The notes beneath the pieces are model-generated. The model saw nothing but the letters and a program-made list of their open reading frames with translations. It searched no databases and was not told the DNA's origin. The position numbers and the translations under genes are program-made. From contig NW_003314334.1 in assembly GCF_000143415.4 (NCBI RefSeq), positions 327,614 to 391,613 on the forward strand: a stretch of DNA of 64,000 bases, written 5' to 3'. The stretch is from Selaginella moellendorffii. Taxonomy: Eukaryota > Plantae > Lycopodiophyta. This document shows positions 53,601 through 64,000 of the stretch, piece by piece (the first letter of the stretch is position 1; every line of letters begins with the position of its first letter).

Positions 53601-54714
53601 AGTAATGATCTCCGTTGTTCCTGGCTTGCAAAAAGAGACTAGAAACATACCAATATTTGTTGCAAGGCCATTCTGTTTGAACAAGCTGTATATATTCGGG
53701 TTGACATACTTGGATGCTGTGCGGACAAGGTTCGTCTGCTGCAAACGGCAAAGGGGGATTTCTCTGATCAAGTCACAAGGGCCTGGCCACTTGAGCACCT
53801 CAAGTGTTTGGTGAACTGCTTTTTCCCTTGTTTGCATAACAGTCTCTTGGAAGCACTTGTCCACCACGTTGTCAAGAAGGTCTGCAACTCTTTTAGCTCC
53901 AGGCTGTTCCTCAGGTTCCCTATCGTGAACACCACTAGATTGCCCAACTTCAGGGATTTGCGTTGGTGGTGGTGGTAGTGGTGGTGGGGGCAGAGGCAAT
54001 AGTGGCAGTGGTGGTGGCAATGGTGGTGGTGGCAGTGGCGGCAGGGGCAGAGGCAATAGTGGCAGTGGTGGTGGCAATGGTGGTGGTGGCAGTGGCGGTG
54101 GTGGCAATGGCGATGGAGGTGGTGGAGGTGGTGATGGAGGTGGTGGAGGTGGCAATGGTGGTGGTGGAGGTGGTGATGGTGGAGGTGATGGTAGTGGAGG
54201 TGGTGAATCTTTAACTAAATGTGTCTCTATTGTGCCAATGGACATGTCGATTGTGATGTTGTCGTCAGTGCTAAATTAAACTTCTTGTGTCTTCTTGGCT
54301 CTAACAACCTTTTTATGTGTTACAATCTTCCTTTTTTGCAAGAGAAAAAGTTTTGTTAGTCAAACTAAATAAAGATAATGAGAAATTCAAATAGTCAAAG
54401 GGAAAAAAATAAATCAAGTGGGCCTAGACTCCACCTTGGGCAATTTTGCTCGCCGAGGGGCTGAGGTTATTTGAATAACCTCGGCCCCTCGGCAAGCAAA
54501 ATTGCTCGAGGTGGCCGGCCTGAGCTTGACCTTGGCCAACAAAGAAGCAATCAAGAAAAAAAAAAGGGAAGCAATGGAATGGAAGCAATGGACTCAAAAA
54601 ATGGAAGTGGAAGCAATCAAATCGAAACTCACCCTTGGTGGCATCTTTCCTCCCTCGATTTCTTGATCGTGCTAGATTTCTTGTGCGCTCGATCTCTCCC
54701 GCTCGCGCACTCAA
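50697..54714 (-). pseudogene. Spliced gene: polyPro + ParB/Srx-like domain + beta-class N6A/N4C DNA methyltransferase domain (MULE cargo; a few nonsense codons)
   Basis: MFQIIDGNHRYGAWM (GNHR at 53463-53474). ADFILFDFPDG..WN (motif IV-like, 51577-51588). LLELYCPPDGVVIDCTTGSGSMVEAARDSGRSVFAIE (motif I, ~50975-51085). Several ~50-60-nt GT-AG introns. Confidence 0.8.
53965..54205 (-). repeat. Proline-coding (CCA/CCT)n microsatellite
   Basis: (GGT/GGA/GGC)n on the plus strand; polyPro in ORF 53505-54245. Confidence 0.9.
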
Positions 54715-54940
54715 TCTCTCTTGCTCACGCGCTCAATCTCTCCGGCTCGCACGCTCAAACTCTCCCACTCGCACGCTCAATCTCTCCCGCTCGCGTGCTC
54801 AATCTCTCCCGCTCGCGCGCTCAATCTCTCCCGCTCATGCGCTCAATCTCTCAATCTCTTGCGCGCTCAATCGCTCGATCTCCTTCGCACTCAATCCCTC
54901 GATCTCCTTCGCGCTCAATCTCTCGATCTCTCGCGCGCTC
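54685..54940. repeat. CG-rich ~22-bp tandem repeat (CGCTCAATCTCTCCCGCTCGCG) at the 5' end of the ParB-MTase gene
   Basis: About 10-12 degenerate units are visible. Confidence 0.8.
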
Positions 54941-56078
54941 CACTCACGATGCGAACAGTAACCTAATCTTGGCAGCTACTCTAACCCTAATCCTGACAGC
55001 TGCCCTAACCCTAACCAATCTCTAATCCTAGCCATTCATTCCGAATAACCTAAATCTCAACCATCACAATATCTTTGATCTTATTTTATCTTATCATTAT
55101 TATTATATGAAAATTATGCTTCTTTATTTTGTATATTTTAATGATGGTATAACTAGCACCTATCAACATTTCTGTTATTAGAGATATGATATTATATTTT
55201 ACAAATTATCTAGAAAGGATGCATTCTCATCAATATTTTGTACATATTTTGGAATCGTTACAAGAACTTCAAAGAGTATAAATAAGGCACGTTAAAATAT
55301 GTTGTACTAGGATGAATCCTCATCCAGAAATTTATTTTGTGTTGTATTAGATCCTAAACAATAGGCACGTGCTTTGAATGTCATTGAGCAGTATTCACAA
55401 TTATGGATAAAACTTGAGTTGTACTATGAATCAAATCTGTCATTGAAGAATAAGATTTGACAAGATTTATTATCATCTACCACTTAAAATTTGACAACTT
55501 GACATATCACACGTGCTGATAGTTAGATTGGATCTCTTGGTTTGACACGTTATAGCAGAATGTCATTACTAGTATCATTATTAACTATCAAACTTCACAT
55601 GTTGAAAATCTTTCCTTGGATCTATGTATATACATGCATCAGACATCATAATAGATGACAGTAATATTGATACTGTCACACTTACACATGTTAAATTTGC
55701 TATAGAATTTAAATTCATTTTGTACGTTGTCTTCTTATTACTCTATTTAAATTTCAATTATGTTTCACTATAGATTTTTATAAGTAGCATAAAGAGAGAG
55801 AACTCCAAAACCTATTGAGAAGGATGGAGAGGTTTCTTCTTCATTTTCGAGATCACCCACCTCTTTCATTCTCTCAGAGTATTGTTTCTGAAAGTTTTTT
55901 ATGTCTGCGTTTTGATCTTCGTCTTGGCTCTATTTCTTTAGAGGCTGTGATCTGCAACAACACCAGTATAGTTGCATACTCAGAGTTTCTTCTTTCTAGT
56001 GTGGGCGAGGGTGGACAAAAATGGGATTTACAAAATTCCAAGTCGAAGGAGATTCGAGTGTTCAGATCTCCAGTCAAA

Positions 56079-59000
56079 ATGCCAAAATGCACTCCAGCAA
56101 AAGTGAATGTGAAGCAAGAGTCAGTCGTTATCCTCTCGTCCTCTTTTAGTTCAAGTGGAGATGTCATGCTAGTGTCGGCGCCAAATTCACCAGCTCCAGC
56201 TCTAGCTCCAACTTCAACAATATTCAAAGCCGTTAGCAATGCTTTCTAGTTTTCACGCCTCTCAATCAACGTGCACTTGTTTTTGTATAGGCTTGTGAGT
56301 GAGCTTCCATCCTCCTACAACGGCAACATTTTCTTCGAGCTACCACCTCTTGTCAGCAGCACAGGTTCCAAATGGAAGGGGATGGAAACCAAGCAGGATG
56401 TCCACAATTGGTGCAAGATCAAGACCACACACTTCCAACATTTTGAAGGCACAATGTCTATAGTTCATTGTGGCGGGCATTTAGATTGTGTGGATGAAGC
56501 ATGCAATCAAGACCACTCTAGAAACTCTATATTTTTCGAAGGGTCTGCAGTCAATCCTCCAGCTTGTGACACCATTGCTGTTGGATTCAAATGTCGATTC
56601 TGCAAAAATGCTCCTCTATGTCATGCTATCTGCGAGGCCAAGATGTACTACTTTCTTCCACGGGATGGAGTGGCTAGAAGAGCTGCAGTGCATGTTGGCA
56701 CACATATGCATCCAATGCAGGAAGGGATACAAAGGAGTTCTCTCAACCGTTTCCAAGATGTTGTACAGGAAGAGATTATGAGAAACTCATCTGCAACTCC
56801 GAAGCATGTTCAGAAGACCGTCCTCAAAGATTTTATCGCAAATACCTTACTCAATCCAGGTTGCCAAAAGACTCAACTAAACGAGGCTAGCTTGTGGGAC
56901 TTACTACGAGGAGTCAACCTGCTACTAGCCTAAGGAGGTACATCCATTATTTTTCATACGTTATAATAATAATTTTTTCTTACATTATATTGTTTAGGAT
57001 AAAATCTTGGATGTGTGAATCTTGAGAGGGGAAGTTGCAATCAAAAATTGACTCCATCCTTGAATTGAAACAGACCTGTCCATACGAGTTCATCCACGGA
57101 AGTTTGTTTCCAAACCAAGTTGTGAATGAGCAAGAGTGCCCCTTCATCTTCAAAATGTCTACCATAGGCCCTGCCTCTGGCGTAGATCTTGTCTCCCGAA
57201 TAGACATGTTTGGGTCCAGTGACCTTGCAAATGCATGGGTACATTTTGACCATATGGAGCATGTATCCAGTTGGACAACCATGGGAGCTCATGTGTATGA
57301 TCCAAGGTAATTTTTATTCTCATTATATTGAAATTGTTATAATATTTATGTTTTCATAGGCTACGTTGTAACTTAACAATTGCGACAGAAGAGTTTAAAG
57401 TACAAGACCAGACAGCACAGGAAATATTTTGGAAGTCCCTCTCTGATATTGTCCTAAAGCGGACTGGTAAGCTTGCAAACTTTCGTGGTTTCATGGCAGA
57501 TGGGGCTGGTGCAAACTGGAATGGTATTCGAGCAGTTTTTGGGAATGGTCAACCATTAGAAGGTCATGAGAGGACTTGTGAGTTCCATTGGGCTCAAAGC
57601 CTAAACCACCACTACCACCTTATCAAGCTAGAGTTTCAATCAATATTTAAGAAGTTGTGCAAACAATGGCAAGTTGCACCTTCTGAAGAAGAGCATGAGG
57701 CAAAAGCAAACGAGATCCGAATGTGGTGGCGTGAAGATGGCCATACAGACATAAGTTGCCTACCACAACTTGAGTCATGGTTAGGATGGTGAGAAGTTAA
57801 GATGTTCCAGTGGGGACATCACTCTTTTCAAGTTGGTTTATATTTTTTCTTCTCCTTTTATTACCTTTTAATATTGCTTTTTCCATTAGGATCAACCACT
57901 TGAGGACCTCGCATACACCCCAACTATGAATCTCTCCGAAAGTAAGCATTGGAGTTGGCATTCCTTTGAGGCAGGGAAAGGGAAGATGAGTCTATACGAA
58001 GCCTGTCTATCAAATTTGATACGTGCTATAGAGCAATCTTCAAAAGCACTGGCATTCGAGGAAGGAAGATACATGGGAACAGGGCCTTCTGTTGAGATGT
58101 TACATGATAGGATGAAGAGAAAATTAACTCCACCCGCTCGAACAGTGGCAACTGTAGTTGAGGAAGTGGTCCGTGGCACATCTATGGAGTACACTCCCCG
58201 AGCTTTTATTGGTGATATGAAGACTGTCCGCTCAAAGCGTCGTTTTTCCTTTGCTGGGGAAGATGTTGGCACGGACCTTGGAGCAAAAAGCTCTTACAGG
58301 CCTGATGTCGAGTACCATTTTGCTCCAAGACACTACTCTCAGACCAAGCCACCTCAAGTGGCTAATGAAGAGAGTGCATCGCAACAGGTTGAAATTGCTT
58401 ACCGTAGCGTGGAGCCGAAGCAATAGGCAATCCGACGCGTGCCAGCAAAATCGAATGTAAGGTGTGTGGGGATGCTTCTGAGGGGTAAGTGTTGGGCCTG
58501 GATTTGTGGTGAAAAATCTGCTTCTGTTCCAGCCCCATGTTTCTATGGGGAACGAAAGCAAGCAGGATTTTCAAGATGGTGCTGGCTATATTGTTGCAAC
58601 ACCGACGCCAACTATACAAAACGGCTTGAAGACGCTATAGTGACTAAACCTGATGCAGTATCTAAAGAATGGCCGGTTGCTAATGGGGTCGCGCTCACCT
58701 CGGATGAGATTGAAAACCTTGAGAAATTTGGTTTTAATCTTGAGAGGAGAGTTGGAGACATGAGTGACAGGAGCAAGACTATTCCTACAGAGATGCACAG
58801 GAGGGCAGCACAAAAAGGTAAGGCAGTTAAATTTATTAGTACCGTCTCCAAGCAGAAGCAAGGTAAAATAAATTTGGCTCAAACACTTGAGTGTGAGATT
58901 CTCTCCACGAAGAACATCATTGCGCTTGCAAAGAAGTACACAGTCAAAACAGAAGGTGGAGAGTACATAATTGCCATTCACGACTTTCCTTCTTGCACAT

Positions 59001-59167
59001 GTCTAGACTTTACGAAGCGCGAGGAACATGGGAAGGCATATGCTCCTTGCAAGCATATGCACTACATCTTCATCAACATCTTGCACCAGGATCCTAAAGT
59101 GGATATTCATATACACCAAGCAAGCCTTACTATTGCTAAGTTGCAGAAAACTTTTGGAGCTAATTAG
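56079..59167 (+). pseudogene. MULE/MuDR-type transposase with SWIM finger, spliced, with nonsense codons
   Basis: FMADGAGANWNGIRAVFG...RTCEFHWAQSL (MULE DDE core with CxxH); SWIM PSCTCLDF...CKHMHY; N-terminal Cys-rich CGGHLDC..C domain; introns at ~57307-57359 and ~57834-57889. Confidence 0.85.
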
Positions 59168-62100
59168 ATTTCTCCAACACTATCGATGTTTATTCTCTAT
59201 CAATAAAACTTATTATACTTTATATAATTAATAAAAATGTGCTTTTTCATTTCACTTTTCATTTTATATGCTTCTGAGTGTTCTTCTCACAATACTGCCC
59301 ATAGTACTTGTGTGTCTCCATTTCTATCTTTACCATCTCAAAAAAGATTTCATGGTAGTCTTTCGGGTGCGTGATGTTGCAGTGTGTCACAAGAGCATAT
59401 ATACCATCATACTAATCATTGCCATTGTTTCCACCAGACACTAGAAAAGATATGGCGCACTTCTTGAAAGTGGCAGAATTGCACTTTTCTAAAACAAGTA
59501 AGAGGGCATTCTTTTTCACCCAATTTGTTGCACCCTTTGTCATTGCATTTATCTTTAACTCATGATCATTATCCTCACTATCCTCTCTTTCATTCTCTTG
59601 TGTGATTTGGTTATGTTATGCAATGGGATAATTATTGCATCTCCTAGCCCTTGAACCCTGGGAAGAAAGATTGTGAGAGTTAAAATTACCAACACTAGAA
59701 CCCATAGACATTTGTGGGTGTATTTCCCTTTTTTCGAATGAGAGTGTGAATGAAGATTTATAAATTTTAGACAATATGCTACAACAAACCCCTCAAGAAT
59801 GTATTCTACAAAGAACCAAGTCTTTCTTTTATATGCAATAAGCTTACATCAATGGTTATTTTTTTTCCTTTCAAATGGTTATATGACTTTACATAGAATT
59901 TTATTTCAAATTTAATAATTTTTTAATTCTGACAAACCTGACATTTACTAGCCAGAAAGCATAGAGTACAAATTTAAAGAAGTGACAAGAATACTCTTTT
60001 TACAAACATTTTATTTTATGTTCTAACAAATGTCCCTATCATTGCATGTAGAAAATATTTAAATTATTAGAACAAAAAGTGTTCTTTAGAACATTTTTAT
60101 CTATATAATATATAGAGAGTTATTAAATTATTAGGTTCGCCATAACCTTAAAATTTTAAAATTTATAATGTTTGTACTAAATTACAATTGAAAATTGAGC
60201 TCAACTCGTGAGCTCAAATATGGTCCGCGCCCCCAAGAAGGACTCGAGATGGAGTTCGAGATGTACCCGAGATGGAGTCTGAGATGAAGTCTGAGATGGA
60301 CCCCAAGTGGAGTCCGAGGTGGAGTCCAAGATGGACCCGAGGAGAAGTCCAAGATGGACCCAAGGTGGAGTCCGAGATGGACCCCAAGTGGAGTTTGAGA
60401 TGGAGTCTGAGATCGACCCGAGGTGGAGTCCGAGATGGAGTCCGAGATGGACCCCAGGCGGAGTCTGAGATGGAGTCCAAGATGGACCCGAGTTGGAGTC
60501 CGAAGTGGAGTCCGAGATGGACCTGAGAAGGACCCGAGATGGAGTTCGAGATGGACCCGAGATGGAGTCCGAGATGGACCCTAAGTGGAGTCCGAGGTGG
60601 AGTCCGAGATGGACCCGAGGAGGAGTCCGAGATGGACCCAAGGTGGAGTCCGAGATGGAGTCCGAGATGGACCCCAAGTGGAGTCTGAGGTGGAGTCCGA
60701 GATGGAGTCCGAGATGGACCCCAGGTGGAGTCCGAGATGGAGTCCGAGATGGACCCGAGGTGAAGTCCGAGATGGAGTCCAAGATGGACCCGAGATGGAA
60801 TCCGAGATGGAGTCCAAGAAAGACCTGAGATGGAGTCCGAGGTCGAGACCCGGACATATTGGGACCGAGACCGAGACCGAGACCGGGACCAGGACCGAGA
60901 CCAAGATCGGGACCGAGACCAAGACCGAGGTTGAGGCCGAGACCAAGCCCGAGCCCGAGTCTGAGTCCGAGTCCGAGTCCGAGTCCGAGTCCAAGTCCGA
61001 GTTCGAGTCTGAGAGGGTGAAAGCCCAAAGCGTTCGTCTCCCAGACCCTGGGGGGTTTGGTGAACTCCAAATGTATAGTAGGGGGAGGACTGCAATGGAG
61101 CTAGTTTGGCCAAGAAAGGCCAGTTTGGCCTAGGAAGGCCAGACCCAGTGTTGGGTGGTGAATTGACCACTGGGAAGTCCAAGACTAGAGTGAATACAGA
61201 CTGACAAGCGGAGTAACTTGGTGAAGTGTTCAAGAGCCGACTCTAGTTCCCCTGGGAGATCGACTGGCCGATGCTCCCAGTCCAAGTGTGGGTGGCACTA
61301 CCTACTTGGATACCTAATGTGGCTCAATGGAACCCCACTCTAAGCCCATGGCTAGAGCACCTAAAGGTGGAAGGTGGGGAGAGTACCCACGGGGCTCGCA
61401 TAGGGCCACAGTGTTCCGAAATGTTGTCCCAAAGTCCCAAATGGGGGAAAGGAGGAGGAACAATCCTCTAGTGTAGTGACTACGAATACGGTCACATGCT
61501 GAGGAAGTTCCAGAGGACAATGGGACTTAATGGCCGGGTCTGCGGGCCTTGATCTAGTGGCAGTGTTGGTGAACATGGCCATAGACGAATGGAGAGATGG
61601 GATTGTGATGCAAGTGGTATTAGACCACTAGTGCGGCAAAGGTGAATGGGCATGGCCTTAGCGTAATGGGCAGATATGTCAATGGTACCTTTGGGTGTTG
61701 GTCTTGGGATTGGACATGTGGAGCACTGGGACCAAGTGCAAGGGTTGAGTGGCATGGATGCCATTCTCAGGACTAGCAAGTCCCAAGTCCTGAATTGGAC
61801 TTAAGGAGGTTGTGAATGAGACTGTTCCAAGTGGTCAGAGGTGTGGTTAGTCCGAGTCTGAGTCCAAGTTCGAGTTCAAGTTCGAATTCGAGTCTGAGAG
61901 GTGAAAGCCCAAAGGTTGTGAATGAGACTCTTCCAAGTGGTTAGAGGTGTGGTTAGTTCGAGTCCGAGTCCGAGTCCGAGTCCAAGTTCGAGTTCGAGTC
62001 TGAGAGGGTGAAAGCCTAAAGCGTTCGTCTCCCAGACCCTGGGGGGTTTGGTGAACTCCAAAAGTATAGTAAGGGGGAGGACTGTAGTGGAGCCAGTTTG

Positions 62101-63502
62101 GCCAAGAAAGGCCAGTTTGGCCAGGAAAGGCCAGTTTGGCCCAGGAAGGCCAGGCCCAGTGTTGGGTGATGAACTGACCACTAGGAAGTCCAAGACTAGA
62201 ATGAATACGGACCAACAAGCGGGGTAGCTTGGTGAAGTGTTCAAGAGCCGGCTCTAGTTCCCCCGGGAGATCAACTAGCCGATGCTCCCAGTCCAAGTGT
62301 GGGTGGCACTACCTACTTGGATACCTGGTGTGGCTCAATGGAACCTCGCTCTAAGCCCATGGCTAGAGCACTTAAAGGTGGAAGGTGGGGAGAGTACCCA
62401 CGGGGCTCGCATAGGGCCATGGTGTTCCGAAATGTTGTCTCGAAGTCTCAAATAGGGGAAAGGAGGAGGAGCAGTCCTCTAATGTAGTGACTACGGATAT
62501 GGTCACGTGGTGAGGAAGTCCCAGAGGACAATGGGACTTAGTGGCTAGGCCTGCGGGCCTTGATCTAGTGGCAGTATTGGTGAACATGGCCATGGATGGA
62601 AAAGGGACTTGGCAGGAACTAACAAAGGGATATTGGGGAAGGCTATTCCCCATGTCTGTGGGCATCCTAAGGATGCTAAGGAGTGGATCTGGGATGACCA
62701 CTCGTGGACAAATGGCCCAATCTTGGAGAGACAAGATTGTGATGCAAATGGTATTAGACCACCAGTGTGGCAAAGGTGAATGGGCATGGCCTTAGCGTAA
62801 CAGGCCGATATGTCAGTGGTACCTTTGAGTGTCAGTCTTGGGACTGAACACGTGGAGCACTTGGACCAAGTGCAAGGGTTGAGTGGCATGGATGCCATTC
62901 TCGGGACTAGCAAGTCCCAAGTCCTGAATTGGACTTAAGGAGGTTGTGAATGAGACTCCTCCAAGTGGTCAGAGGTGTGGTTAAGTGACTAAAGTAGAAT
63001 GGAAAATTTAGTCGCTTACAGATTACTTGAATCATTAAACTAATCCCTACAGTCTTAATTGATCCACTTATAATCATGTTTAGGAAGGATCCACTAGTGC
63101 CGTGCTAAACAGCTATGGACCAGCCTATTTGCCACTCATAACAAACCTAGGGAAGGTTTACTTTCACCCACAGTATATGAAACAACTCATGGATCCACCG
63201 ATAGACTAATATTAATCCTACTAACTCAAAGTGTAACCTTGAGTTGCTAATGTGCCTCACTCACAAGCCCAAGTGAAAACTTGTGCAAACGGAACAACTC
63301 AATCCATCTTATGAGCCCAAGAGCAAGCTCACATAATATAGAATAGAAGGTAACCAAATCCATACCCAAGGAACCATTGCAAAGCCTTTGCACCCAAACA
63401 TATACCCACTTGGATCATCATTTTCATCTCTACATATGCAACGAGACTAGTTGCCCAATCTCATTGAATAGTACTCACTGAGATTCTTTCTCTGATACCA
63501 AA

Positions 63503-64000
63503 TGTAGCGCATGTGGTTTTTACCCTTCATTCTACCATAGGATAACCACAAAGCGGAACCTAACCCTCTTTGTGCCACATGACAAATGCCATATGTCACA
63601 TGCCACGTGTCTAAAGGACAATGGTGTGAAACTCGAGTTTCAAGGCCTTAAGCCACTGAATGAAGAAATGGAGCCAAACTCCTAAGTATGGAGCCAAGGA
63701 GTTGTAAGCTCCTGAGTTTGGACTTCCCGAGAGGTCACCCAGCCCAGTACTATTCAAACCCAAGGACGCTTAACCCCAAATATCCCAAGACCCTTAACCG
63801 ATTGGAAAAGGGGGTGCACTCTTGTTCATGGGCCCTTTCCCTCTATATTTGAACCCCATGGATCGTCTCTCAAGTCGTTCCCTTTGGTTGCTTACAGGAG
63901 TGTTGGAACTAGACCACGGAGCAACTCCTAAGTATACAACTTAAGGAGCAAAAGGACAAGAGCATGGAGTAACTTGGAATAGTCCTAGAGTATCCAACAT
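63503..64000 (-). repeat. Family C LTR (runs off the window)
   Basis: Minus-strand PBS TGGTATCAGAG at 63490-63500, then TGTAGCGC; colinear with 32255 onward. Confidence 0.8.
63703..63896 (-). mobile_element. Cassandra solo LTR
   Basis: 194 bp; TGTAAGC...GCTTACA; 5S-derived core; TSD GGAGT. Confidence 0.93.

Larger units (their letters stand above)
48638..60232 (+). mobile_element. Large Mutator-like (MULE) DNA transposon, 11.6 kb, with short degenerate TIRs
   Basis: 9-bp TSD CCGAGAAGG/CCAAGAAGG at 48629-48637 and 60233-60241. GGG...CCC ends with an inverted GAGTTGAGCTCAATT subterminal motif. Encodes a MULE transposase. Confidence 0.88.
48349..63020 (+). mobile_element. Family A solo LTR (A4) with internal tandem duplication, interrupted by a MULE
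   Basis: TGTGAG...CTTACA ends; TSD GATTA at 48344-48348 and 63021-63025; no PBS or internal region. Confidence 0.88.

Noticed and set aside
53963-54214. Poly-Val ORF on the plus strand
   Set aside because: It is the antisense of the polyproline tract.
50697-54714. Bacterial or phage contamination explaining the ParB-MTase
   Set aside because: The gene has GT-AG introns and lies in a TSD-flanked MULE nested in plant LTR elements.

Overview
This is eukaryotic, TE-saturated plant DNA, probably from a fern or lycophyte. That is an inference from the Cassandra TRIMs, a Tcn1-like chromovirus, CCCTAAA repeats and short introns. No host gene is evident. The backbone is two consecutive copies of a decayed Ty3/gypsy-like element (family C). 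Nested in it are four copies of a non-coding LARD-like LTR element (family A; 1.6-1.7 kb LTRs, 5-bp TSDs), a related solo LTR (family B), three 5S-bearing Cassandra insertions, a 5'-truncated chromovirus, and two large cargo-bearing DNA transposons: a Sola-like element (10619-31924; 27-bp TIR, TSD ACTT) and a MULE (48638-60232; 9-bp TSD). Main finding: the two transposons have unrelated transposases but share an accessory kit. Each has a divergently oriented gene fusing a ParB/Srx-like domain (GNHR or GQHS) to a beta-class N6A/N4C DNA-methyltransferase fold, and each has a homologous ~85-aa terminal ORF. The Sola-like element also carries about 25 copies of a 22-bp parS-like palindrome (ATGGCRTG-N6-CAYGCCAT), a 192-bp hairpin built from that motif, and an FCP1/NIF phosphatase domain. 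All protein calls come from motif recognition by eye; no searches were run.
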